Positions 1 through 8,717 of a stretch of 64,000 bases of DNA are shown here, one piece after another. The position numbers and the translations under genes were made by a program. Under the pieces are notes generated by a model. It saw only the letters and a list, made by a program, of their open reading frames with translations. It did not search any database and was not told the origin of the DNA. How positions within the stretch are numbered: the first letter of the stretch is position 1; each line of letters opens with the position of its first letter. Source of the stretch: Roseibacillus sp. (GTDB lineage: Bacteria > Verrucomicrobiota > Verrucomicrobiia > Verrucomicrobiales > Akkermansiaceae); NCBI GenBank assembly GCA_965242925.1, contig CBDEUM010000029.1, positions 160,001 through 224,000 on the forward strand, written 5' to 3'.

Positions 1-647
1 TAGGCAGGATTACGCGAATCGCCTCGGCCTTCAGCTTTTGCGCCCCACCCGAATTCCTGGCCGGGAACATCCGGCTCAGCAGCGACCTGGAGCCCGCAGG
101 CTGCCTGGGCGACCTCGGCTGGTACACCATTCGGGCCACCCTTTTCGTGATGAACTACGAGATGCCGAAATCCCTTCGGGCCACCATGCTCTCATCCGCC
201 TCGCGGGCTGACAGCCCGGACCAGGTTCCCACTGAATTGAGTGCGGAACTCTTCTTTGACAATGGCATCTCAGCCACCTTCTACAATTCCTTCCTCACCA
301 ATCACCAGCAGTGGCTGCACGTGAGTGGCGACAGGGGAAACATCCGCCTCGACGATCTGGTCCTGCCTTATCCGGATGGCGAACTCGACTTTCACGTCAA
401 CAATGCCCAGTTCGTGATCGAGGGCTGCAAGTTCACCATGGAGAAGCATCTCCGGCGCGAGTTCGTTCCAGAGCCGGGTGGGAATGATCCCAGCGCCCAG
501 GAGACCAAGCTCTTTCGCACCTTCGCGGACCTCGCCCTGAGAGGAACGCCGGATTGTTTCTGGGCGGAGGCGGCTCTCAAGACCCAGGCGATCCTGGACG
601 CCTGCCTTGAGTCCGCACAGAACGGCGGCAGGCTCATCGAGCTCTGA
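1..647 (+). CDS. Gfo/Idh/MocA family oxidoreductase, C-terminal part (5' end outside window)
   Basis: Frame is open from position 3: GRITRIASAFSF...NIRLSSDLEPAGCLGDLGWY (GxLxDxGxY motif). It continues into ORF 147..647, ending ALKTQAILDACLESA. Confidence 0.85.
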   Translation, partial: GRITRIASAFSFCAPPEFLAGNIRLSSDLEPAGCLGDLGWYTIRATLFVMNYEMPKSLRATMLSSASRADSPDQVPTELSAELFFDNGISATFYNSFLTNHQQWLHVSGDRGNIRLDDLVLPYPDGELDFHVNNAQFVIEGCKFTMEKHLRREFVPEPGGNDPSAQETKLFRTFADLALRGTPDCFWAEAALKTQAILDACLESAQNGGRLIEL

Positions 648-675
648 TCCCTGGCCGGAGTCCCCTGTTCGGAGA

Positions 676-1245
676 TCAGAGGGTGTTCTTGAGTTGCTTG
701 AATTCCTTTCGCAGAGAAATGAGCTCGGTCTCGTGCTTGGTGATTTGCCCGTCAAGGTGCGCAAGGCGCTTCAGCGTCTTCGCGGTGTTCGACGCGGCAT
801 TCGATTTTGCGGGGCGACCTGGGGGGCGACCTGGGGGGCGACCTGGGGGGCGACCTGGGGGGCGACCTGGGGGGCGACCTGGGGGGCGACCTGGGCGCTT
901 GGAAGGAGCGCCTGGCTCAACGGCCTGCAGCCATTTGTTGATGGTGAGAGCCGACACCCCGAATTTCCTTACAGCGGCAGCAACGCCACCCCGGCCCCGG
1001 GCCCCATTCACACCTTTTACATGACCAAGAATCTTATTCCGCTCGGTCTGGCTGTAGCGCTTGCCTGTTGACTTGCGCTTGGCCGTTGACTTGGCCTTGC
1101 CTGTTGACTTGGCCTTGGGTGTTGACTTGGCCTTGGGTGTTGGCTTGGCCTTGGGTGTTGGCTTGGCCTTGGGTGTTGGCTTGGCCTTGGGTGTTGGCTT
1201 GGCCTTGGGTGTTGGCTTGGCCTTGGGTGTTGGCTTCTTGCTCAT
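676..1245 (-). CDS. Basic histone-H1-like / HTH / AT-hook-like DNA-binding protein with C-terminal coiled coil
   Basis: 189 aa: (PTPKAK)6 plus four degenerate copies; [12 protein letters not shown]...[18 protein letters not shown] (HTH-like); KRP(GRPP)6GRPA; heptad tail [32 protein letters not shown]. Confidence 0.75.
   Translation of the reverse strand: MSKKPTPKAKPTPKAKPTPKAKPTPKAKPTPKAKPTPKAKSTPKAKSTGKAKSTAKRKSTGKRYSQTERNKILGHVKGVNGARGRGGVAAAVRKFGVSALTINKWLQAVEPGAPSKRPGRPPGRPPGRPPGRPPGRPPGRPPGRPAKSNAASNTAKTLKRLAHLDGQITKHETELISLRKEFKQLKNTL
811..897. repeat. 12-bp tandem repeat GGGGGGCGACCT (six perfect copies at 821-892 plus partial flanks), encoding GRPP on the minus strand
   Basis: Directly visible head-to-tail repeat with no spacers. 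Confidence 0.97.
1057..1233. repeat. 18-bp tandem repeat CTTGGCCTTGGGTGTTGG (six perfect copies at 1126-1233, four degenerate copies at 1057-1125), encoding PTPKAK
   Basis: Directly visible, with polar degeneration PTPKAK>STPKAK>STGKAK>STAKRK>STGKR. Confidence 0.97.
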
Positions 1246-1261
1246 AATGGGTTCGTGAACT

Positions 1262-1289
1262 TTGATAGGATGGTTGGGGTATTCTGCAA
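1262..1289 (-). promoter_or_regulatory. Possible sigma70-type promoter of the histone-like gene (TTGCAG-16 nt-TATCAA) within an AT-rich patch
   Basis: Weak consensus match about 16 nt upstream of the ATG at 1245, with locally AT-rich flanks. Confidence 0.3.
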
Positions 1290-1369
1290 GTTATTTGTAT
1301 GGAGGTTATCAGAGAATTCCGATGAACAAATAGAAAATCAGTCCAGCTGGAGTGGGGATGCGGGGGAAA

Positions 1370-1440
1370 TCAAACTCCAGGGCCCTGGTGGTGGAAGGTG
1401 AAGTCCTCGTGGTGCAATCCGAGGCAGGACAGCAATCGAA
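1370..1440 (-). pseudogene. Possible decayed remnant of a DUF1501 C-terminus
   Basis: Translates LLSCLGLHHEDFTFHHQG, compared with [18 protein letters not shown] in the intact DUF1501 at 37194..38615. No start codon or remainder of the gene is present. Confidence 0.45.
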
Positions 1441-1541
1441 GCGCCGCTGACCATGCAAGCTGCCGGGGTTCCGGATCGTCATGAGAGTTGTCCGCTGCAA
1501 GCGGAATGTCCGTGATAGAGTTGGAACCCTGCATCTCAGTT

Positions 1542-1979
1542 TCAGGATCGTCCCTCCTCGAGATCGTAGACGTCGAACCAGACGTAGACGGGCCGGTTCC
1601 CGGGGATGAATTGCGGGATATAGCCTTCGAGAAATTCCTGGAGCTCGATCGGCAGTTCGCAGATCCTCTTGCCGCGCATGTCATTGTTCCACTGGATGAT
1701 CTCGCGGCGTTCGCGCCTGCTGGCATTTTCCTCGATCCAGGTCGCCACTGCCCCGTCCTCAGCGCCGGTGGAGACGAACTTCCGGAAAGTTTCCGCGGTC
1801 AGACTGGTGAAATCGAAGAAGAAATTGTCGAGGGGACAGTCGAACTTGTATTCCCCCAGGGTGCCGGCAATGGCTGCCCGGCACTTGTCGAGGGTGCGGG
1901 CGGCAATAACATAGCCCCCCAGCGTTTCGCGGGGACTACGGGGAGAGCTGCCGGGTCGGGTAAAATCAGAGGACTGCAC
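1542..1979 (-). CDS. DUF5069 domain-containing protein
   Basis: PRSPRETLGGYVIAARTLDKCRA...GEYKFDCPLD...WFDVYDLEEGR pattern. Confidence 0.8.
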   Translation of the reverse strand: MQSSDFTRPGSSPRSPRETLGGYVIAARTLDKCRAAIAGTLGEYKFDCPLDNFFFDFTSLTAETFRKFVSTGAEDGAVATWIEENASRRERREIIQWNNDMRGKRICELPIELQEFLEGYIPQFIPGNRPVYVWFDVYDLEEGRS

Positions 1980-2084
1980 TCCGACAGGTTTCGTCTGGTT
2001 GGCAGTCGGGTCAAGCTCGGTTAATCATCCAGCAGCGCCATGATGCCCGCAGGGCCATGTCGGACGACGGGCTCCTCCGCTCTG

Positions 2085-2930
2085 CTATTTGGCATCCAGT
2101 CGCTCCAGCAACGTTTTCCATCCCTTCATCGATCGACCCAGGTTGTCGCGGGAACTGCCGCGGATGCCGTAGTGCTGGAGACCGACCGGACCATCCCACT
2201 TCAGGGACTTCAGTTTTCGGAGGATCGGCAGGACATCGTAAGTGCCGGCATCGAGCGGTTGGATGAGGGTATTCCATCCCGTGCCGTCCTTGTCCGCACC
2301 GTTGATGGTGACCACAAAGAGGTGTGGGGCGGCTTCCTCAAGGCGTTTGTCGAGCTCTCTGCCGTCAACCTTGAGAAAGTGGCAGAGGTTGAAGGTGACG
2401 CCCAGGTTCCGGCGATCGGCGGCCTTGACCAGCCGTACGCAGTCCTGCACGCGGTCGGCGTAGGCGCCGGCGTGGGGGTAGAGTGCGAGGCGAACGTTCG
2501 ATTTGTCGGCGTGGTCGGCGAGCTCCTGCAACTTCGCTACCACCGGGGCGTCGGCGCCGGAGGGGTCAGCGGGCCGTCGCCCTCCGACGTAGAGCCACAC
2601 GACGGCCTCGCGCCCTTTCAGCTGGCTGATGGCCTTTTCCAGGTTCGCGTTGTTCGTGACGCCGTTGCTGCGGACCTCGATGCCATTGTAGAGCGGAGCG
2701 AACCTGATCTTGTGCTTGCCGGTGGCGGCCAGCATCTCGGGAATGTTGTTCGCCCCGGTGTACCCGATACCGGAGAAGCCCAGTTCCTTCACCAGAGCAG
2801 CCTGCTGGTCGTAGGACCGGGTCTGGCTGTCACGGGTGCCGGTGTCCATGGCAAAGAACTCCCACTCGGCGAGGCAAAGGGGGGAAAGTCCGGCCAGGGC
2901 GACGAAGAGGAAGAGGAGGCGAAGTTTCAT
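2085..2930 (-). CDS. Secreted sugar phosphate isomerase/epimerase (xylose-isomerase-like TIM barrel)
   Basis: Signal peptide; motifs LYPH, FNLCH, TINGAD, PLDAGTYD, GLQHY. Confidence 0.8.
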   Translation of the reverse strand: MKLRLLFLFVALAGLSPLCLAEWEFFAMDTGTRDSQTRSYDQQAALVKELGFSGIGYTGANNIPEMLAATGKHKIRFAPLYNGIEVRSNGVTNNANLEKAISQLKGREAVVWLYVGGRRPADPSGADAPVVAKLQELADHADKSNVRLALYPHAGAYADRVQDCVRLVKAADRRNLGVTFNLCHFLKVDGRELDKRLEEAAPHLFVVTINGADKDGTGWNTLIQPLDAGTYDVLPILRKLKSLKWDGPVGLQHYGIRGSSRDNLGRSMKGWKTLLERLDAK

Positions 2931-3008
2931 GTTGTGCGAGTCAAGGAAGTCGTGAAGAGCGATTCAAGCCCGGAGTAGACAGACAATCTGAACGCGTGAC
3001 TAGCCCCG

Positions 3009-4145
3009 TCAGGGCAGAGCGGTGTTCGGTTTGACTGCGTTGGCCGGATATTGGCCGTTGAAGACCATCATCTGGTCCTGCGTTTCGGCCACCACGAAGG
3101 ATTCGTCAATTTTGCCGTCCTTGCCGGTCACACGCGTCAGATCGAGTTGGAGGTGCTCGGCAAGGAATGGGTAGGCAGCCGTGCGCTTGGAGAGTCCGTA
3201 GTCGTGTTTCTCGTCGGGGAAATGGGCATTGGCAACCTTGTCCCGGGCGCCATGGAGCTTGTAGATGTGCTGGACGAAAGGGAACTCGACGGCGGGGGTG
3301 TTGAGGGTCCAGTCACTGCCGTTGGATATGAGGAGTTGCGGACGCGGGGCGGCCAGGGCGGCGATCTCAACATTGTTGGTCTTGTGCGTCTTGCTCCAGT
3401 GAATGGGCATTCCGCTCTCACAGTTGCAGCCACCAAAGAAGTGAGCGGAAACCTGGCAGACCGGAATGGTCACCGCCACCCGCTCGTCGAGGGCGGAGAG
3501 AATGAAGGTCTGGGTGCCCCCTCCGGAACATCCTGTCATTCCGATGCGCCCAGGGTCGACGTTGGGGAGAGTGAGAAGGAAGTCGAGAGCGCGCATGCTG
3601 TTCCAGGTCTGCAGGCGCAGGATCTCGGGAGTGCGTCCGTGGTCCCAGCCAACTTCCTTGGAATCGCCATAGCCCATCATGTCATACTGGAAGACGGCGG
3701 CGCCCATCCTGGCGAGGACTGCGCAGCGGATCTGGCGTGATTCACGAAAGCGACCCCCGTGACCGTGTGGACAGAGAATCCCGGCCAGCTTCCCCTTGAA
3801 ATCGGTCGGACGATAAAGCGTGCCGGTGACGTAGAAACCGGGGGAGCTTTCAATGGCGACGTTCTCGGCCTGGTAGCCCTTGTGGACACGCTTCTTGTTG
3901 AAGCGCGGGTTGAGGGGGGTGCGTTCCGGGAGGGTGGTGAGCTTGGCGCCGGCCAGGATTCCAGCTTTCACGGTGGCCTTGCGCTTCTCCCAGCTGGCGA
4001 GGTCGGGGGTGGCCGCCTTGAGTCCGGCCAGTTCCTTCCTGGCCGCCTCCTGGCCATGGGCGTGGCCCTTGCGGAGCCCCTGCGCGGATAGTGGGAAGGA
4101 GACGGATGTTCCAATGGCGAAAACGAGGAGCGGCAAGGTTTTCAT
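3009..4145 (-). CDS. Secreted alpha/beta-hydrolase (acetylxylan-esterase-like)
   Basis: Signal peptide from M at 4145; LCPHGH, GCSGGG nucleophile elbow, CNCE, and C-terminal HDY. Confidence 0.85.
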   Translation of the reverse strand: MKTLPLLVFAIGTSVSFPLSAQGLRKGHAHGQEAARKELAGLKAATPDLASWEKRKATVKAGILAGAKLTTLPERTPLNPRFNKKRVHKGYQAENVAIESSPGFYVTGTLYRPTDFKGKLAGILCPHGHGGRFRESRQIRCAVLARMGAAVFQYDMMGYGDSKEVGWDHGRTPEILRLQTWNSMRALDFLLTLPNVDPGRIGMTGCSGGGTQTFILSALDERVAVTIPVCQVSAHFFGGCNCESGMPIHWSKTHKTNNVEIAALAAPRPQLLISNGSDWTLNTPAVEFPFVQHIYKLHGARDKVANAHFPDEKHDYGLSKRTAAYPFLAEHLQLDLTRVTGKDGKIDESFVVAETQDQMMVFNGQYPANAVKPNTALP

Positions 4146-4246
4146 CCCACCAGAATTGAGCTCATCCCCCTGTAACTCAAGCACGGAGATGAACACTTGC
4201 CGTCATGCGCTTGACCGTTCGGGGAACAGGAACTAGCAACCCTTGC

Positions 4247-4948
4247 GTGAAAGTATGCGCCTTTGGCCTCACGGAGATCCCGCTGGGCCAACACAACATC
4301 AAGGATCCGCGCCTCGACGAAACGCACAAGCTGGTCGAAGCCAAGAAGAAGGCCTATGCCCAGGTGGAAGTCGTGGGTGACGAAGGGTTGGTTGACTCTG
4401 ATTGTGTGGTGACCACTGAAGATGGTTTCCTGGAACTGACTTTCCGTGACGTGGATTTCATCGAGACCCGGCTGGGACGTGATCCCTCGGCTGAGGAGCG
4501 GGAGGCCTTGCTCAAGCTGAAGGGTGCCCTCGAGAGTGAAAAAACCGTTTTCGAGGCAAACCTCGGCGAGGCCGAGCGGGAGGCCCTGGAAATCCATGGG
4601 TTCAGCAGCAACAAACCGATCGTGGTTGCCACTCCCGGGGAACTGGGGGAACCGGATGCACTCATGGTCCGGGTCTTCAGGGAAAGCGGATGGATTTGTT
4701 TCCTGACGGTGGGAGGCTCGGAAAACCGGGCTTGGCCCATTCCGGGAGGGACAACGGCCTGGGAGGCCGGGGGTACGATTCATACCGATATCCAGAAGGG
4801 GTTCATCCGGGCTGAAATCATCAGCTACGACGACTTCATCGAAGCCGGGGGGGAGACGCTGGCCAAGCGTGCGGATAAGCAACGCCTCGAAATGAAGGAC
4901 TACCTGATGCAGGACTACGATTTGACGAGCTTTCGTTTTAATAAATAA
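4247..4948 (+). CDS. YchF-derived DUF933/TGS protein lacking the P-loop
   Basis: GTG start. Retains DPRL and FLTVGGSENRAW...AGGTIHTDIQKGFIRAEIISYDD...RLEMKDYLMQDYD.TSFRFN. No GxxxxGKS/T motif; 233 aa. Confidence 0.85.
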   Translation: MKVCAFGLTEIPLGQHNIKDPRLDETHKLVEAKKKAYAQVEVVGDEGLVDSDCVVTTEDGFLELTFRDVDFIETRLGRDPSAEEREALLKLKGALESEKTVFEANLGEAEREALEIHGFSSNKPIVVATPGELGEPDALMVRVFRESGWICFLTVGGSENRAWPIPGGTTAWEAGGTIHTDIQKGFIRAEIISYDDFIEAGGETLAKRADKQRLEMKDYLMQDYDLTSFRFNK

Positions 4949-5101
4949 GAATCCTCTTCCCGGCCGGAGGAAGTGAAGTGGGAGATCGAACCGGGGTTTG
5001 CGAAGATTGAGGATTCCGACGTTGATGGATCCTAAAGGGCCTTGATTGCCGGGGAGAGGCATGCAGCATCCATCTGTCCGGGGTGACGCTGGACTGGGAC
5101 C

Positions 5102-8100
5102 ATGGGACTTTCGCTTTCAGCTCCGATTCGATTTCTCCCATTTTTCCTCATGGGAGGCATTGTCGGGTTGGGAATGGCCCGGGGGGAATCGGAAGAACGG
5201 GAACCGCACCTGCGACAGCTTGAGTCCCAGTTTCGTGAGACGGTCCAGCCGTTCCTGAAGAGCTACTGCTACCGCTGTCACGGTTCCAGGAAGATGAAAT
5301 CAGGGGTGCGGGTTGATCAACTCGACCTGAGCCTTGAGGACAAGCAGCTCTTCCTCCTGCAGCACATCCACAAGCAACTGAAGGACGAGGTCATGCCCCC
5401 GGAGGACGAGCGCCAGCCGGGGGCGGAGGAGCGCCAGCTGGTGTTGGAGTGGGTCAGGCAGGCCTTGGAGGAAGGGGCTCGTAAGGTCAGTCCCAAGGAT
5501 GGCTCGGTGCGCCGACTTACCGTGGCCCAGTATCACAATACCTTGCGTGACCTGCTGGGAGTGGAAGATCATCTGGCGGATGCACTGCCTGCTGATGGTG
5601 TTTCCAAGGAAGGGTTCAAGAATAACAAGGACACCCTTCTCCTGACGCCCCAGATGATCGAGACCTACTTCGATATCGCGGAAAAGGCGCTCGACCTGTG
5701 CTTGGTCGATGAGACGAAGAAGCCTCGGATCCAGTGCTTCCGTGTTGAGCTCGGGAAGGGGGTCAACAAGAAGCCGACTGCCGACAAGCTGGTATTGAAT
5801 GGGCCCAACCTGCTGCCCAAGGCAGATTTTCTCGTGCGCCAGGTGGTCCCGGATAAGCCCTTCCCCTTTGAGCCCTTCGCCATGCGCACAAAGTTCCGCT
5901 TCTTCGAGGGCTATGCGGGAAACGGCACTGTGCGTGCCTGGAGGAATTTTGAGGGGATTTATCACAACGTCTTCGCCGCTCTGAACGGCAAGTTTACCGG
6001 CGGCCTGAACTACGGCCGCTCCTACGTGTTTATTCCCGAGGGCCTCCTCCTGCGGCCCAGGTCTCCTGAAACTCAGAACGGCAAGCCTCCGCAGCAGGGA
6101 CCGTCGCCCTCCTTCTCGATGCCGCTGCGCGAATTGCCCAGTTCGGGGATGTTCCAATTGACCGTAGAGGCGGCCCGGTATGACGACGGTTTCCAGCCGA
6201 ACTCGCACCTGTGGAAGGCCGGCGTTGGGTTCGAGCTTGATGTGAACGGTGGAAAAGGCGCGAGCCTTGAAATTCCGGCCGCGGGAGTCTACCAGCTCGA
6301 TGTCGTCCTGGAAGGCAACCCCCGGGATGACGTGATGACCGCGGACATCGGGCAGCGTACCTTTTCAAAGAGGCTGAAAGGAAAGTTCGCCAAGGGCTCT
6401 GAATCCGCCGGAGCTGGCGCTGGAAAAAGCCCCCTTGGAATCGTTATCGATGACCCCGCCGCCGACAAGGTCGGCGACTGGACAGATTCTGTCCACGGTA
6501 AGCCTTACCTCGGCAAGGGCTACATCCATGACGGCAACACGTCAAAAGGCGCCAAGTTCGTCACCTTCAACGTGAAGCTCCCCAGGACAGGGAACTACCA
6601 GGTCAACCTGGCCTACACCTACGGCAACAACCGTAGCCCGGCGGTACCGGTCGAAATTCACCACGCCGACGGAGTGGAATCGGCCAAGGTCAACCAGATG
6701 AAGCAACCACCGATCGGCGGGCTCTTCACCCCCCTTGGAACTTTCCGCTTCGAAAAGGAAAAACCGGCTATCGTGGTCATCTCCAACAAGGACACCCGGG
6801 GGGTTGTCGTCGTCGACGGCCTGCAGGTTATCGAGGAGGAAGCCGGGAAGAAACCTGCAGCGAAAAAAGACGGCAAGGAACAGAAATCTAAAAACACCGC
6901 GCGGCTGAAGAAGGGTGAGGTGATCATTCCCTTCCTCGTGGCTCGTTTTGCCAAGGGCGCATCTCCAATCAAGATCGGTAATGGAGATGGAAAGAACCTG
7001 CGACGGGTTCATGTGACCCCGGTCAGCTCTGAGAGCGAGTCGGGACGGCAGTTTGCGGCCTTCGAGAAGCGCGCTCCAACGGTGAGCGCGCATATCGGGG
7101 TCAGGACGGACGTAGGACCCAGGTCTACCCGGGTGGATCAGCTTCTGGCTGTACCCTCAGCCACGGTCGAGCGCTACAGCTTCCGCGCCCCGATCAGCAG
7201 TTTCCCCTCTCCGGAGACCGAGGAAGGCAACGCCAACTACCTCGCCGGCTTGTGGGAGATCGCCATCCGGAGTGAGCCCTCAGGCGACCGCCAGGTGCCG
7301 CGACTGCTCCTGGGCGCGGTAGAATTTGAGGGTCCCTTCTACGAGACCTGGCCACCCCGGGGACATCGAGACATTTTTTTTGCTTCAGAGCGCCGCAAAG
7401 ATCCGCCGGCCTATGCCCGGGAGGTGCTCGAGCGCTTCGGAGCGCGGGCTTTTCGCCGCCCGGTGACCCCGAAGGAGCTGGAGTCCCTGGTGGGGGTGTG
7501 GCAGAAGAGCTATGCCCGGAAACAGGACTTCCAGGAGAGCGTTCGGGATGCGCTGCTGGTGATTCTTACCTCGCCCCAGTTTCTCTTCCTGGTTGAAGAG
7601 AGCGCCGGCCCGCAGGCGGAGCCTCTCTCGCCTTATGAGCTGGCGGCGAAGCTCTCCTATTTCCTGTGGAACACTGCGCCGGATGCGAGGCTCATCGAGC
7701 TGGCGGGGGCTGGGAAGTTGGGGGCAGCTGTGCCAGCGGAGATCGACCGGCTGGTGGCGCATGAGCGCTTTCTCCAATTTACCGGAGAGTTTGTCTCCCA
7801 GTGGCTGAGCCTCGACAAGTTCGATGTCGTGAACATCAGTGGGGGAAAATACCCCCGCCTCAACCGCGAGACGAAGAGGGAGCTGCGGAAGGAGCCCGTT
7901 CGCTTCGTCACGCACCTCATCCGGTCTAATCTGCCCCTTCGCAACCTGATTACTTCCGACTTCATCGTGGCGAACGATGTGGTCGCGGGCTACTACGGCC
8001 TTGGCGGAAAGGCAGAGAATGGATACGCTTTTACTCCAGTGCGTCATGGGGGGGAGACGCTGGGAGGAGTTCTTACGCAGGCGGCCATTCTTTCCGGACT

Positions 8101-8620
8101 TTCGGATGGCAGTGAGTCCAACCCGATCAAGCGAGGGGCCTGGCTGGCGCGAAGGATCATCGGGGAGCCTCCCGCCCCGCCTCCTCCCAATGTTCCGGAA
8201 CTTCCTGGCGGGCAGGAGGCAGAGGGCAAGACCCTGCGAGAGCGTCTGGAGCAGCATCGTGACAAGGTGGGATGTGCGGAGTGTCACCGCAAGATCGACC
8301 CCTGGGGCCTGCCCCTTGAGCAATTTGACGCCGGGGGGCTCTTGAAAAAAGGCAAGGTTGATGCCCGCTCCACCCTTCCCGATGAAACGGAGATTTCCGG
8401 CACGAGTGATCTCAAGCGTTACCTGACGGAAGAGCGTCTTGACCAGGTGGCGCGGTCCTTTCTGGAGCACCTCTGTATCTATGCGGTTGGGCGCGATCTC
8501 ACCTTCAATGAACGGGAATATCTGCGGGTGGAAGGTCGTCGGCAGTTGTCAGGAAAGGGCTACCGGATGCGGGATTGTTTTCTTTTCGTAGTCCAAAGTC
8601 CCCTTTTCCTTGAGAAATGA
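5102..8620 (+). CDS. DUF1587/1592/1588/1585/1595-type protein with planctomycete cytochrome c domain and an internal golvesin/Xly-like module
   Basis: CYRCH, RRLTVAQYHNTLRDLLG, LSYFLWNTAPD, NPIKRGAW, CAECHRKIDPWG. Confidence 0.88.
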   Translation: MGLSLSAPIRFLPFFLMGGIVGLGMARGESEEREPHLRQLESQFRETVQPFLKSYCYRCHGSRKMKSGVRVDQLDLSLEDKQLFLLQHIHKQLKDEVMPPEDERQPGAEERQLVLEWVRQALEEGARKVSPKDGSVRRLTVAQYHNTLRDLLGVEDHLADALPADGVSKEGFKNNKDTLLLTPQMIETYFDIAEKALDLCLVDETKKPRIQCFRVELGKGVNKKPTADKLVLNGPNLLPKADFLVRQVVPDKPFPFEPFAMRTKFRFFEGYAGNGTVRAWRNFEGIYHNVFAALNGKFTGGLNYGRSYVFIPEGLLLRPRSPETQNGKPPQQGPSPSFSMPLRELPSSGMFQLTVEAARYDDGFQPNSHLWKAGVGFELDVNGGKGASLEIPAAGVYQLDVVLEGNPRDDVMTADIGQRTFSKRLKGKFAKGSESAGAGAGKSPLGIVIDDPAADKVGDWTDSVHGKPYLGKGYIHDGNTSKGAKFVTFNVKLPRTGNYQVNLAYTYGNNRSPAVPVEIHHADGVESAKVNQMKQPPIGGLFTPLGTFRFEKEKPAIVVISNKDTRGVVVVDGLQVIEEEAGKKPAAKKDGKEQKSKNTARLKKGEVIIPFLVARFAKGASPIKIGNGDGKNLRRVHVTPVSSESESGRQFAAFEKRAPTVSAHIGVRTDVGPRSTRVDQLLAVPSATVERYSFRAPISSFPSPETEEGNANYLAGLWEIAIRSEPSGDRQVPRLLLGAVEFEGPFYETWPPRGHRDIFFASERRKDPPAYAREVLERFGARAFRRPVTPKELESLVGVWQKSYARKQDFQESVRDALLVILTSPQFLFLVEESAGPQAEPLSPYELAAKLSYFLWNTAPDARLIELAGAGKLGAAVPAEIDRLVAHERFLQFTGEFVSQWLSLDKFDVVNISGGKYPRLNRETKRELRKEPVRFVTHLIRSNLPLRNLITSDFIVANDVVAGYYGLGGKAENGYAFTPVRHGGETLGGVLTQAAILSGLSDGSESNPIKRGAWLARRIIGEPPAPPPPNVPELPGGQEAEGKTLRERLEQHRDKVGCAECHRKIDPWGLPLEQFDAGGLLKKGKVDARSTLPDETEISGTSDLKRYLTEERLDQVARSFLEHLCIYAVGRDLTFNEREYLRVEGRRQLSGKGYRMRDCFLFVVQSPLFLEK

Positions 8621-8717
8621 CTCCCGGATGCGGCAGGGCTATCCGGGGTGAGGAGGCTCCCATTCCATCGTACCCTTGTGGTGAGGACATCTTCTGGTAG
8701 TGTCATTTTCAGGAAGG

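Noticed and set aside
920..1060. IS3-family transposase OrfA (KRYS...HTH resemblance)
   Set aside because: No adjoining DDE integrase ORF, terminal inverted repeats or frameshift signal.
811..1233. CRISPR array
   Set aside because: Units are head-to-tail with no spacers, lie in frame within a CDS, and no cas genes are present.
607..1258. Plus-strand ORFs with (WGAT)n, (PGGR)n or (LALGVG)n repeats
   Set aside because: These are shadows of the minisatellites; only the minus-strand frame has a coherent non-repeat domain.
1345..1430. Cobalamin-riboswitch-like hairpin (CCTCG-TGGTGCAATC-CGAGG)
   Set aside because: Other conserved elements are missing, no suitable downstream gene lies on that strand, and the sequence is better explained as a DUF1501 relic.
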